Source: Octopus vulgaris (taxonomy: Eukaryota). From it: a stretch of 64,000 bases of DNA. The notes beneath the pieces were generated by a model. The model saw only the letters and a program-made list of their open reading frames with translations, ran no database searches and was not told the DNA's origin. The number at the start of each line of letters is the position of its first letter. The stretch's first letter is position 1. A program made the position numbers and the translations under genes. Of the stretch, positions 12,671-27,115 are shown piece by piece. The stretch spans positions 95,914,001-95,978,000 of the forward strand of contig OX597820.1 in assembly GCA_951406725.2 (NCBI GenBank), in the 5' to 3' direction.

Positions 12671-14716
12671 GTTTCACAAGTTTTAAAAAAAATTTTCAGT
12701 GGAATTTTACTTCGTACCAATGCAATACTGATTTTGTAGTATTTACTAATTTCTTTCAGCACTTTTAGTGTATTAAAACGTATTGCAAATGAGAGTGAAT
12801 TTTTGTTGCTAATATAAGTATCAGATAGTTCTTTTCATCATAACATTCAAGTTTTGATGTTTCACGGGCTAAGTAATAAATGTCTATTATCTTGATACAT
12901 TAAGTTAAGTAGATGCAAATAAATCCTCCATTGCCTATTTCGTTACAAGAGTACCTCTGAAGATTATCTCGTTAACATGTGTATCTTTGGAACATCAGCT
13001 TTGCAGTATCCATTCATTTTCTATATCTATTCACACGTCACATGAAGTAGCACACATCGATTATACAATGCTGCTATGGTTACGGAACGAAATTGCTTCT
13101 ACTTTGTAGTATCTAACTATAGCTGGGTGGACTGGTCAATTCGATTTACTCGCAGCTTAGATTTTACGTACGATTTTGAGCAGTATAAAAACACTAGGGA
13201 ATGACTGTATGGAAACTGAAGGCTGTGGATAGTATCAGTCTATAGATTAAATATGATGCATCTTTCGTTTAAAAGGTGTTTAAAAGGTTAGATATTTGAA
13301 TTGTGTACAAATTGTCTACACATTATCGTACACTCATATATTATATTTTCATAATTAACATGTTCTTTACCTATTAATACAAGTTTTGACTGAATTCGAT
13401 CAGGAATAAAAAAGAGTTATGTAGGTCATAAAGATATATGTAATGGAAACGAAAGACCTCGGCAAATTAGAGCCATTTGCTAAATCAATTCTGGAAGAAT
13501 AAAAAGAAAGAAAATGTTGACAAATATCGAGAATTAATAAGCGGTAAATGCCATATAATTATCAGCACTTGGTGTTTTATATGTTACTGTTTTATGGTAC
13601 TTTGTAAAAGTACACGGTAGATGACTGAATAATGGGATGATATGCTCGTTATTAGTGCTGGCAACTTTCAAATATATATAATGTATTATAATGATTATTA
13701 AGCACCGATATGTATATATGCCCCCCAAAACCCCTTCCCTTCTATCACTTCCCTAAATAAGTGGCACTGAATTTCGATTATTGATGAGGTCAACAACCTC
13801 ATCAACATAATAAAACCAGGGTCTATTACATATTTTATCCAATGCGCTCTCAACTGAACTATTTCGTCTAACAACAAAAGCGGCATTATTTGTCGGAATA
13901 TTATTTACTGTCAGTAAGATGAACACATTTTCCTAAATTACGCCTTATTAAATAATAAGTAATATTTTCCTAAATTCTGCAACGTCAAATACATTATATT
14001 TAACGTATTTTGATTTATGAACCTCGTTCTACATTAAAAATATATTTTACTTGGTATTTAGATATGTGTGAAATCTATATATTTGCATAATTAACAGACA
14101 TATTACAGCTATAGAAAACAATCTTCTCTTGGTGTTTCTAATTGTATATTCAGATACGTCGTCGTTAATGAGATATTTGATACATTGAAGATAAGGTCAT
14201 TCTAGAGAATCGATTCACTGTTGAATGCTCTGTGATTCATTGTTGAATGTTGTTTCGTCCCCGTCTATGTCTGGCTTAAATTTATCATGTACAAACACCT
14301 ACTAACAGGACAACTACTATTGCAATTTCATATGTATAAACTATACATTTACAATGTTAGAACATAAAATAAAAATGTAAATAAACCGCAATATTATAAC
14401 ATTTTTTCGTCATTATATTATTAATCAATGGTACTAGACTAAACAGGGTAACAGATCAATAGAATCACCAAAGTAAGAGATAAAATAACTTGCAATATTC
14501 GTTGAGGCTCTTTACATTATGGGTATAAATCTGACAGGAGTTAACTTTACGCTTCATCTTTCTGGGGTTCATGAAATAAGGTATCGATATAAATGGCATT
14601 TTTCTCCCCAAAATATTTGATTCTGGTTCTATGTTAGAAATTATTATTTTACTAAACAATATATCCTTGTTAAGAATTATACTAATCTGCTAAGAATATA
14701 TATGTATATATGTATG

Positions 14717-14766
<50 letters not shown>

Positions 14767-14768
<2 letters not shown>

Positions 14769-14975
14769 TAGATGTACTCGCATAGCAAGCAATTTGATCT
14801 GAGATCGTGTGCTGAAACGAAAACAATTGCAGCGTGGAAGGTGTTTATAAGCCATTTAAGAAACACACAAAAGCCGTTCGATTCACTTCAACATTTAAGT
14901 TTAATTTGTCAAAATATTTTCGTCGCTAAAATCCGCGACCTGTTCACTGACAAAGTCCCTGCTGCATCTCATATA
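14767..14975 (-). mobile_element. Short repeat between (TA)n tracts, probably a PLE pseudo-LTR or 3' end carrying a hammerhead
   Basis: About 210 bp of non-microsatellite sequence bounded by (TA)n on both sides. On the minus strand a hammerhead fold is immediately followed by ATTAAA. Confidence 0.55.
14905..14954 (-). ncRNA. Minimal type-I hammerhead ribozyme candidate, G3:C8 core variant
   Basis: Minus strand reads UUUGUCA GUGAACA G GUCGC ggauuuua GCGAC GAAA AUAU U U UGACAAA. This gives a 7-bp helix I, a 5-bp helix II, GAAA, a palindromic loop III and a UH site. Confidence 0.65.
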
Positions 14976-14980
14976 TCGTG

Positions 14981-15032
<52 letters not shown>

Positions 15033-15060
15033 AATATATATATATCTATCTATCTATCTA

Positions 15061-15122
<62 letters not shown>

Positions 15123-15125
<3 letters not shown>

Positions 15126-15460
15126 GGTGCGTGGCTCAGTGGTTAGAGCGTCGAGCTTACGATCGTGAGGTTGTGAGCTCGAATCCTGGACCGGGCTGCA
15201 TGTTGTGTTCTTGAGCAAGTCACTTTATTTCACGTTGCTCCAGTTCACTCAGCTGTAGAAATGAGTTGCGACGTCACAGGTGCTAAGCTGTATCGGCCCT
15301 TGCCTTTCCCTTGGGCAACATCGGTGACGTGGAGAGGGGAGCCCGGTATGCATGGGCGACTACTGGTCTTCCATAAAACAACCTTGCCCAGACTCGTGCC
15401 TCAGAGGGTAACTCTCTAGGTGCAAACCCATGGTCAGTGTCTGACCGAAGGGGGTCACCA

Positions 15461-15462
<2 letters not shown>
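15123..15462 (+). mobile_element. Full-length tRNA-headed CORE-like SINE (family C)
   Basis: A box TGGCTCAGTGG, B-box-like AGCTCGAATCC, CORE-like TGTTCTTGAGCAAGTCACTTTATTTCAC; sits between (TA)n tracts. Confidence 0.8.
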
Positions 15463-15522
<60 letters not shown>

Positions 15523-16359
15523 CGTTCCGACTCATAGTTTTCATTTAAAACCTCATATTTAGCTTTGGATTTCAATCAACCAATCAAGGAAAAATAAACA
15601 GCTAAACGACAGAGCACTCTATTCAACAAATTATATGGCTCTCTTGCAAAATGTGGACTTCGTACATTATGCTTCTGTAAAACAAATACAATCATTAATT
15701 TATTAACACAGTTAAGATTTAATGTTTTATATTTATAGTAACTGGAATTGAAAAGACAAGCAGAAACGTAGGAGTTCCCCTAATTAGAAATAAAGGCTCT
15801 TATTCGTTGTTGCTTAATTAGTCGAGAGAATAACCTCATTTAAATCAAAATAGGAATCGATATAAAATAATATTAGAAATTCCAATATAAAATTTTCCCT
15901 TCCAAGACTTCAACAAACTTCCAATGACCTTTGAGAATAATTGTAGATTATTTCAATCATTAGGTTTCTTAATGAGTGTTCAACTGAATAAATTTAAGAG
16001 AAGTTTTATGAGTCTAAAACGCAAATTACCATACTGGTAATTGCAATATATATGTAAGTGCATTGCATAAAAACAGAATACAAAGGATTTCTCGAGTGTA
16101 GAATTTAATAGCGCTATATAATTTTTATGGTAGTTATTTATCCCCTTTTCAAACTCGATGGAATAAGATCTATGACCAGCTGCATGCTAGTTGTGTTCCA
16201 CCCGTCTTTCCATCTCGTAAAAAATCTAGATCCAATTATAAATATTTTTTTTAAAGTGGCCCATTTGCATACGTTAGGTATGAATGAACGAGACGAAGTC
16301 ACATTATTAATGTTATATGAATACGTCATCATAAATAGATATATTGGTATTATATTTTG

Positions 16360-16540
16360 ACACAGGACTAGTAATTTGGGGGAGGAATAATTCAATTACA
16401 TCGGCCCCTGTACTCAAGGAGTATTTAATATATCGACTTCGTAGGATGAAAGGCAAAGCCGATCTCGGTGGAATTTGAACACAGAACATAAAGACAGACG
16501 GAATATCCGGCATGCTAACGATTCTGCCAGCTCGCTGTCT
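16360..16540 (-). mobile_element. SINE family B
   Basis: GGATGAAAGGCAAAG..GGAATTTGAAC..CTAACGATTCTGCCAGCTCG is the reverse complement of family B. Confidence 0.7.
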
Positions 16541-17659
16541 TAATCATAACTAGATATACTGTAATTAATCCGTAACTAAAATATAAATGATGATAATGAT
16601 GTAGAAAATTGTCTGAGACAATACATCAGAATGTATATCGGAGCCCACACAAACTCCGGTAAGATATAACACTATACTGGAAACACTATAACAAAGCAAA
16701 TCAGTTCTATAATCGTTTTGACAGTAATTTTCAACTGCTGTGGTAAAATAGCTCTCTAGTATTCATCTGAACTGCATCATCAATGTATCAAAATATATCA
16801 TAAGTCCCACACTGATACTAATAATATATACATGGAAACAGAATTGGTCCGTTGTATTGTCTTGCCAATAATGTTCAACGATTGTATTAATAAGCACTGT
16901 GGAATACATATGTATCGATATCTATCGTAGAAAATGTGAAAATATTATGAGTAACTACAATGGAATTTAAGCATACACAGAGATTACTACAAAGTAAATG
17001 TTAAAGCTGACGTCATTTTCGATCACAAAAAGAATATAATTACGTATTAATAATCAGCATAGTAACGTCAAGTGAGATGAAAAGCTAAGGAATAACAGAG
17101 AGCAATATACAGAATTTTAAAATTTGTCATCCCATTTGTCATTAGTAATACTGGAATGGTATAAAGGCAGTGAGCTGGCAGAATGATCAGCGGCATTTCG
17201 TTCCTCGGTTCGTTTTGAGTTCACATTCCACCGAGGTCGACGTTGCTTTTCATCCTGTCAGCTTCGGAGAAATAAGTACCAGTTTAGTACTTGGATCGAC
17301 ATAATTGACTAGCATCCTTCCTCGAACTTGCCGGCATTATGTCAAAATTTGAAACCATTGCTGGAGTGGTATGCAAGCATTTCGCTAAAGAGATTGACAA
17401 AATTTCCATAAGGACAAACATAGGTATTGCTCACCAATTCTGTTTCCACGTATATATTATTAGGTTTCCAATAATTACTGCAAATATTATGAAATATGAA
17501 TACTTTGATTAAACCACATTGTTCTAGTTGACTCTTCACGTTCTTTGCTAATTTGAAAGACTTATATGCATATTCTCCAAAATGAAATTATTGTTTCAGT
17601 GAACGAAACTCTTGACGTCTGAAACCATTTTTAATAAAGAGGATAACGATTATGGTGCT

Positions 17660-17995
<336 letters not shown>

Positions 17996-19596
17996 CAGTG
18001 CACACTTCATCTTATTTCACATTCCCTGAACACATGAAAGGCAAAGTCAACCGTAGTGGAATTTGAACGCGGAGAGTAAAGTACGGTAGGAAATTCCACA
18101 ATAACAACAGTAACAAAAATAATAATTAATAATAATAATTGCTATTTTTAGTAGTATTAGTATTATCAGAGTGATAGATAACACTCTATGGAATCTGAAG
18201 CAGACTATGCAACGTAAGCCTCATAGCATAATCTGTACGATTAACATCTTACATAACACGACACATTGTTTTATATAATAGATATTCAACAACAACACTA
18301 TAACGCCGACGACTGATATAGATTACGTTCTACAGTATCCCATATACGTAATAATACTAGACAACCCACACAGCAAACACTATGTAATCAACGTCTGTCA
18401 CTAGAGGGCATGATACCAAACAATACATAAGAAACCAAAAGACTACATAACAAAATGACATATGACACGTTGCACTTAATCTGCACCATTGACGAATCAT
18501 TAAAATTACACACATCAAAATTCCAACAACATAACAAAACGTAATTCTGTATCTTCAAAATAACTAATGAAATTGCATAGCATAATTTTAACATAATCGA
18601 TATCTGACATTATGACATATCTGACACAAACAACTTCAGTTCATATTCCATACACCTGCCACTCAATAGTGTTACACAAATGAAGCTACGGAGCGGGCAT
18701 ACATTATACAGTTAATACTTGATGTTATGACACAACTTACAGGATATATACGGAATGCAATGACCAGCATAACAAAATGTCAAGTGATAGAGAGTATAAA
18801 CTCTACACAGCCGCCATCAGACAAAACAAAAATCTACAAACGGCAAAATACGATATGGAATACAATACCATCTTACATTAAACACAACTCAGGAGCAGCA
18901 TGCAGCCACATAAATCTGTTGAAATATGATATTGATAATAGAAGTTGAGGTAGCTGTAGTAAGTGCAGCAGCAGCAGCAGCAGCAACAGCAACAGCTATG
19001 CTCTACTCGAATAACTAATAAAGAGTTGTAGGTAGAGTGTATCGCGTAATAATGTTACAAGTTGAGAGATTCAACAGTTTGCTTACACGTTTGACTAGTG
19101 GCATTATGTGGCAATTAGCTTTATATGATATACACTTGCGTCTATCCCTCTATCCATAGTACGTACATACATATTGGTGAGGCTCTCTCTCCTTCTCTTT
19201 CTCTCTCTTTTACTGTACACATACGTACAAACACACGCGCACACACACACACATTTATATATGTAGGAAAATTGAATAAGGAGATGAACTCTCGGGATGT
19301 TAAACCACTTATATCATGAATTATTCTACGTATATTTCGACAGATGCACTGCAAAATGTCCAAGATAAATTATGGTCAGCAATGCATGAATCTCATCAAG
19401 AAGGATATAAATAACAAACACATCAAACAGACATGTCAACAGAAATAGAAATCCTATAAAATGTAACGTATTTATGTTCATATGCACACACACGTACAAA
19501 CATTCAAATTATGCGACGTGCAAATATAAACATTATATACCTACAAAAAAACACAAACGTATACAAACACATATACATGCACACGCATTAATATGC

Positions 19597-19686
<90 letters not shown>

Positions 19687-21607
19687 CAATATATATATAT
19701 ATATATATACATATAATTTTTTTCTATATTACAAACATATACATAAATATATACATATACATACACACAAACGCAGAAGCATATATATATACAAATAGAG
19801 ACATACATAGGCAGAAATATACTCACAGACATATGCATATATATCTATACATATACTCGTACATATTCTCTCGGCAACAACATAGAAACATACTTATGCT
19901 AAGGTATACGTTTACGATCACATGCTTATACACATAAACAAACGATCATATACATACACATATTCCAAAACATCGATAGACCCAAACGCATAATTCTATA
20001 CGCATACGTACTTACTTAAGCACATATACGTTAGTGTGCATTCACAAAATATTTACATACGAACAGGGGACGCGAGGAAGTTAAAATGACGTTATCGAAA
20101 CGAACTAGATATTGTAAGAGAAGAAGATGTATAGGAAGACTTGGAGGAGGGGGAGGAAGGGAAGGACAAAACAAAGTAAAAAAAAAAGAGAGGGGGCGAG
20201 GAGCGGGCAAATTGTAAATATTAAAAAAAAACATGAAAAAAAGGAAAGAAGAGGAGAGGGGGAAATTGTGGGAAATAAAATGGAAGAAAATTTGCAGAAA
20301 TTATTATTAGGTTATGGAAGTTTACATATATCCCAAAGTATCGACAAACACAAACACACTATAACAAATCCATACACACACTTTTTAAGTACATATACAT
20401 TATTGTGCGCACCGAAAATAAACATAAGAACGATAGCAAAAACGGGTATATACACATATACATACATGGAAAGCCAGGTAGTTAGGGAACTCTAGAAATT
20501 TTAAATTGTTTTAAGGAAATTAACTATATTGGGTGCGAGAAGGAGAAAAGGAATAGAAAGATATGGAAGGAAAGAAACAGAAGGTAGAAAGAGAGAGTGA
20601 ATAGGAACAAGCGAACTGCATACATGAAAACGCATAAAAGATACGTAAAAATGTAGGGTAACGGTTATGGAAAGTAAGATGGAAGAATAAGGAAAAGAAA
20701 ATTTGCAGATATTATTAGGTTACGGGTAGATATTATTTGAAAGAACTAAGAGTGTTTTTTCCAATGAATACATTTGTGAACTCTCTCTGTAAATTGGTTT
20801 ACCAACTTATGTTTAGAGAAGAGAATAAAATACTGCTCTTCCGAGCATAAAGGACAGTAAGATTTTTCTTTATCGTGAGAAGTTGTAGTTGCTGTAGTAA
20901 CAACAGCAGCAGTAGCAATAGCTATGTTCTACTAGAATAACTAATGAAGAGTTGTAGGTAGAGTGTATCGGGTAGTGTAAATAACCCGATACAAGTTTAT
21001 AGAATAAGATATAATTATGTTCTAAGCCTGAATTCTCATAAATTCCGACTATTAGTTTTAACGTTTACCGATTTCAAAGCAGTGAATTTAATAAACGAAT
21101 CGACTTTACATTTACATAAAGTTTAAAATGCAAAGAAAAAGTTAAACAAGCTCGTTAATAATATGAAACTATTTGATTTAGGTATAAAAATTATTTTGTT
21201 TAGTTATTTATACTTATATAAATAACACTATTTTTCAATCGGGGTTCACTGAGGAAATATATTTATACTGTGAGCTTGATTTGGACCGTACTAGATGACT
21301 GCAAGATTACAAAATATTTTGAATATTCTGGTTTTCGACAAATATCTTTAGCAAAATGTATTTAATATCTATGAGATGTATAGCTCTTGACCGTTCTCAG
21401 CCTGTGTATAGATTTCGCCATGTTATATGTTCTAAAACATATTATAATCATTAACATCGTCACTTTTGAAAGACCATATTTTGATAATTTATAAATTTTT
21501 GAAAGAATGTAGATGGTGGTTAAGTCGTTCTTTAAATTATCTTCATGAACGGAGCGTTAAAGACACATGTTAATCATGAAGTCTGTTAACTTCACATAAA
21601 CAAATAT

Positions 21608-21798
21608 TGGTTTCAAATTTTGTCACAAGACCAGAACTTTCGGAACAGCGGGTAAGTTGACTCCAATGCTCAGCTGGTACTTACTTTATCGATACCGGAA
21701 GAATTCCTCGGCAGAATTTGAACTCGGGATGTAAACACGAACAAAATGGGCTTAAGTATTTTGCTCAGTGTGCTAACGATTCTGCCACCTCACTGCCC
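21608..21798 (-). mobile_element. SINE family B
   Basis: CTGGTACTTA..GAATTTGAACTC..GCTAACGATTCTGCC. Confidence 0.65.
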
Positions 21799-22490
21799 CA
21801 CTTCACATAACTATTTCTTGTCCATAATATTCCGTCAAAATTTTCGTTGCTCAATATTAACGGTCAAATATGACTCCATATTACAAAGAAGAAATATTTA
21901 AGAGAAGTCAACAGATTTTGTGTTCCTGAATGACTAACATATGCCTTCCACACTGCAATCGTTATAGTTTCAATACACGGTCTTAGATCAAAACTTTTGC
22001 GTGCCAAGTATACCTCGAAATATTTTCAGTGACTACAACAATTTGTTTCTGGATAATGAATTATCAACTGCAAATAGTTTTAGCAGAGCAATTCAGAATT
22101 GCACGAATTATTTAACGGTTTATTTATAGAATTGAAGCAGTTACATGGAGTAATATTAGATGCAGATGGTTGTTATTTTTATATACTGTTTTCATGATGC
22201 ACGTTATTTCCGTTGCAAAATTACACATAAAACTGAAGTTAAATTTAACTCTGAATAAAATTCGGTAAACTTTGTAATTAAAAGTTTGACGATCTATGTA
22301 ATATAAATTCAAGAGAAAGCTAAATACCTAAACACATGTACACATACAGGCACATATAATGGGCCATATTTTTTTCTATTCGTCCTCAATCTGAGGATTG
22401 CCTTGAGATATGAACTATAAAAATTCAAATACGTAGATGTTAAATGACTGAAATGATTACTGTGTACACACACACATATGTGTATACGTA

Positions 22491-22549
<59 letters not shown>

Positions 22550-24799
22550 TATATATGTATGTATGTATATATATAGATTTATACATACATATATATTATT
22601 ACACTGATATCTACATTTACATATATATATATTTATTTATTCATTTATTTATTTATGTAGATACCTACATACGTATGTATGTATCGGAGATATATACTCA
22701 CACATATATATATCGTGTGTACATGAAAGTGAGTACTGTGTTAATAATACATGCGTTGATGAGCTTTTATATAGAGACTTTAAATAGCTAGTTTCTCCGA
22801 AATAATTGATTATTTGTTAACAGTTATAGATCTGAAGATTATATTTTACTATGTGGAAAGAACGTGGTTCCATATATGGCAGAATAAAGATCAATAAGGA
22901 AATGAGAGTAAGAGAATATTATGTAAATAGAACGTTACTTTCTTTGCAATTATCAAATATGTTAAAATGTTTTTCTGTAATATTGACACTATTTATGAAT
23001 TCATCCGTGCAAGTTCATAATTCTCAGAGTTTTGTTGGTTAAATGAAATTTCACACTATTCATTGTAGTTCCATATTAGTCGTTTACGAAGACTTTCATT
23101 TCCTTTTAAGAAATAATGTAGTTTCAATCAATTCCACGTTTTTGTTTCTTTGTTTTCAAATTCACACAAAGCGAACCCAATGAAAGACGATATTTGTGTG
23201 TTTATGAATTTGTCAATCGTTTATGGAGAATTGACAAGAATTTCTTTAAAGGGATTCTCGTAATTAGATTCAATAAAGCCTATTAATAAGGATAAAAACA
23301 AAAGTCAAATAAAGCATTTCAAACGTTTTATTTTTGCGTATCCGTAGTAAAATTGAATTTAAAAAATCACTATTATTGCAAATGCATTTAAATCTGGACA
23401 TGATAACTTGCAATACATTAAATGAATGCGATATTTTAAACAGCAGGAAAGTGCAAGAAAATATTACGTAATTCCAGATTATCATTAAAATAAATGAAAA
23501 ACAAAAAAAATAATAATAAACAATAAAGAAAATCTTCAACATGATGACTTTAGGTAATTTATTTTTAATGTCCTTGCAACGATAATATTCATAAGATAAT
23601 TACAATTTCCTTTTACGATTAAATGCATGAATGTGCGATGGCATGTTGTGAAGATTTTCGTAATTGAGTATAAAAGCCGAAATGAAATAATTCCCAGTTG
23701 TTGATCGGATACATTTTTGTTAGATCCAAGCTCTATTTGCCTGAAGAATCATTGGTTCGTATGCTTTTAAAGGCGAGCCAAAACACTTTAAAACATCATT
23801 TTTATTTTTATTATTTGAAGATTATCTGATTGATAAAGTATGATAATTAAGAAAATCGTATGAGCCAATGGCAAGGGGCTTTACATAGTCACTTGATCTG
23901 CTCGAAACAACAGCCAATTCTTTCTTAAATTACTTGTTTATAATACTGTTTTAATTAAAAAAATAGACACTCAAGGAAATCTACTCATAGATATATAAAA
24001 TCACACGTGATGATAACTGCTGGAAGGCTTTTGGCCTCTTCAATCAGTTTTGACATTATGCTAAAGAAAATAATAACACCGCACAACTGTAAATAGCGAG
24101 AGACTTGCATCATAGGCAAAGCTTTGCACTTCTTTTATTTAAATTTAAGTTCTGTGTACAGAGAGTCAGTGTTTGAGAGGAGCGAGGTTAGACTATCCCA
24201 TCGACCCTGGCTTCAATGTATCGACTCTAAAACGGCTGAAAGGCGAAGTTGTGACCTGCACGATGAGAATGTAAAGAATTGTTTGCATTCTAGCTTTTGA
24301 ACCAGCTCCTTAGTATGAATTATATAGAAATGTATTATTTGAACCCATCAAACTTAATCAATTAAATATAATCTTAAATTAATAATTTTCTAAGATAAAA
24401 AGAATACATAATTTAAGAATTTAGAGAATGTGAAAAAAAACATTTCGCATTAGTGACACTCAATCCATATTTTGATTGAGCCAGTTTTTCTGAACACCGA
24501 ACCCACAATAATATCTGCAGTTTGTATCTTAGTCTGGCATTACATATCTATCAATGTCTTTCGCAACCAGTTAGGAGAGGTTTAAAAATTTTTCCATATC
24601 TTTCATTTATTTCTAGCGTAACCTACTAATCTAACTTAACTTTTTGATGATCTTAGTCAAGAGAATAGGACAGAAACCGTCATAATAATGTTTGAAAAGG
24701 CTGAATCAGATGACAATATGCGTCTATAAATAAGATGTTTAAATGTGTGCTCTAGTGACTTAGGTGGCTTTCTGTACTTTTATCAAATTCATATTTTTA

Positions 24800-25140
24800 A
24801 ATGAGTAGTCGAAACGGCAAGTGTGATCGTCCGTGATTCTGAGAATTATCATTTGTGGAAACGTTAAGGGGTTTAGTTACGTGCAGCAAATGTATCATGT
24901 ATCTGTCCTTATCAGAAAACTTCTTCAATGTATCTTTGCAGAGTTCAGGTATACTGTCTAGGGACTTCAAGCTAAAGTAACTGGAAGGTTTTTTGTTGAT
25001 AGCAAAATGAAAGAAGGGTGAGATTGACATAGTAGAATCTACCTATATTCCGATACCACGTTTTTTAGAGTGAAGTTTTTTACTGAGAATATCGACGGCC
25101 GTCTATAGATAGGGGTGAAAAATTTGTGTCTAAGAAAGAA
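24800..25140 (-). mobile_element. Highly degraded PLE-like RT fragment
   Basis: Scattered motifs appear in the expected order across frames: GR(P), VSEY.VD, PSSY, DT, ..NHG. Weak evidence. Confidence 0.3.
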
Positions 25141-26833
25141 CAGGTTCCGTAGTGAGTGTTTAGTAGGAGATGAAAGGTGAGATTATGGTTGTAGCAGATT
25201 TAGCATTAAGAACTAATTAGGTAAGATAAATAAAACATGTCCCTTTAGCGTTTAACATTAATGATCAAATAATAAAGAGAATCATTTTTCATTTAATTGA
25301 AATAAAATGAATTGTAACTGATTCCATGTTATTTTTTAAAGCTAATAAACAATGTAATGAAAAGATTATTAAAATAGTAGTATGTTTGTATATACATATT
25401 TATAAATCTCGTTTCGATTCTTGCATATGCCGGTAGGTTTTTGACTTAAAAGCAGAACGATCGATTAGTTTGTCAAATATGAGAAATCAATATATTTTTG
25501 CAGTTTTCAGGAATTTAATAAAGATTTGTTTTTGTTTAGATACAACAAACACGATTGTAGAGTTGTTAAGATATAAGATATCAAGATGTAGATTTTACTA
25601 TATCATTTAAAGCTATCTAATCAGTGGTAATTTTCTTTCAATTTTCTTATATAATTTCACAGTCATTGTAAGATTTGCTAACGTATTTCTTACATGAGAA
25701 GGTCTAATAAGACCAAAACATGTCAGGAATTGTCACAGTACATAATAAACATCATGCTTAACCCTCACTGCATGTTTCAGATTTTAAAACAAATTAGATT
25801 TCTGAATCATGCCCCTTGCCATTTTTGAAAATAAAGATCGCTAAAGCTAACACTTCCCCTGCATTACAGATCTAATTTGAATATATAATTTTCAGTTATA
25901 GCTAACTACATTAAATACGATAGCACCTTTAGCATATACATATATTAGGTTACCGATTGTAAATTGTTGTAGATTCTTCTTATTGTGATTCTGAGATCGG
26001 CACATCATTGTAGTGTTTCAGTCTCGTTATAAACATGGTTTCTTTTAGATACTACCGACTCATATTTTAAGTTCTTGAGTACGTTTTCTCTGTCTTGCTG
26101 TTTCTCTGTTCAAACATTATTCCTGCTCTTCTGAGTTTATTTGTGTGTCTTTATCTACTCGTCCTTCTCTTTTCGCATTTTTCTTTACCTCGCTTTCTGG
26201 CAGTTCTGCAAGCTTGTGAACAGAGAGAATTGTTTTAAGTGAAGGCAACACGCCTCGGAAATTCCTCAATCAAGATTGAGAACAGCGAGTAATTGAAACA
26301 TTAAAAAAGAAACTTATTTAATTTTGAGTGCGTTTTTTAAGGTAGGTGCTTTTTTTAAGGATCTTACAAACAATATATATATAGAAAAAGAAAGAATGCG
26401 AATTTTCTAATATTCTAGTTCATTTTAGAAGCATCGTGTCTGTGTTTAATAATTCTGTGCATTATTGGCACATGGCGAATCATTTTAGGGAAAGGGTATA
26501 CTCAATTATCTCGATCCCTGGTACATATTTTATCGGCACTGAAAGAATGGAACGTAAAGTCGACTTGGACAGAATTTGAACTAGGAATGTATAGCCGGAA
26601 GAAATGCCGCTAATTATTTTGTTCGGCGTCCTAATGATTTTGCCGACTTAGCGCCACGCGCTTGCGTTTAACAATAGCATACTCATCTTTCTCTAACTTA
26701 AGCACTAGCAACTTCCATCCTACAAACTCGTTCTGCATCTAAATTACAGTTGAACAAGGTGTTTTCTGGCAAAGAAAGACAGGTAGGCTTGAATTATTAA
26801 TCTCATGTTTAAATCCAGAAAAACATGTATATA

Positions 26834-27115
26834 TCAGGCTGAGTAAAGCGTAAGAAATCCATCACAATATATTTTCAACAAAGCGGAAATTTCATTCATC
26901 AAAATAAGTACAATCAACACATTTTTACCAACGAGTTACAAGTTTGTTTATTCCGGTAACACAAAAATCTGGAGTTCTGGAGCTGATGAACTCTTGGAAT
27001 GCCCTTTCAGCATTGGTTTGATTTTTGAACTCCTCTCGCACTAAACCATCAAGGTGCTTGAAAAAGTGGTAGTCGTTAGGAGAAAGGTCTGGGGAATAAG
27101 CCAAGTGGGGAAAAA
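26834..27115 (-). mobile_element. mariner (DD34D-type) transposase C-terminal remnant with right TIR
   Basis: PHLAYSPDLSPNDYHFFKHLD..F..EFISSRTPDF..TGINKLVTRW*KCVD. The TIR end TA-TCAGGCTGAG lies near 26834. Confidence 0.85.

Noticed and set aside
13781-13805. 10-bp perfect hairpin TTGATGAGGT/ACCTCATCAA
   Set aside because: Short and isolated, with no GAAA for a hammerhead; compatible with chance or a micro-inversion.
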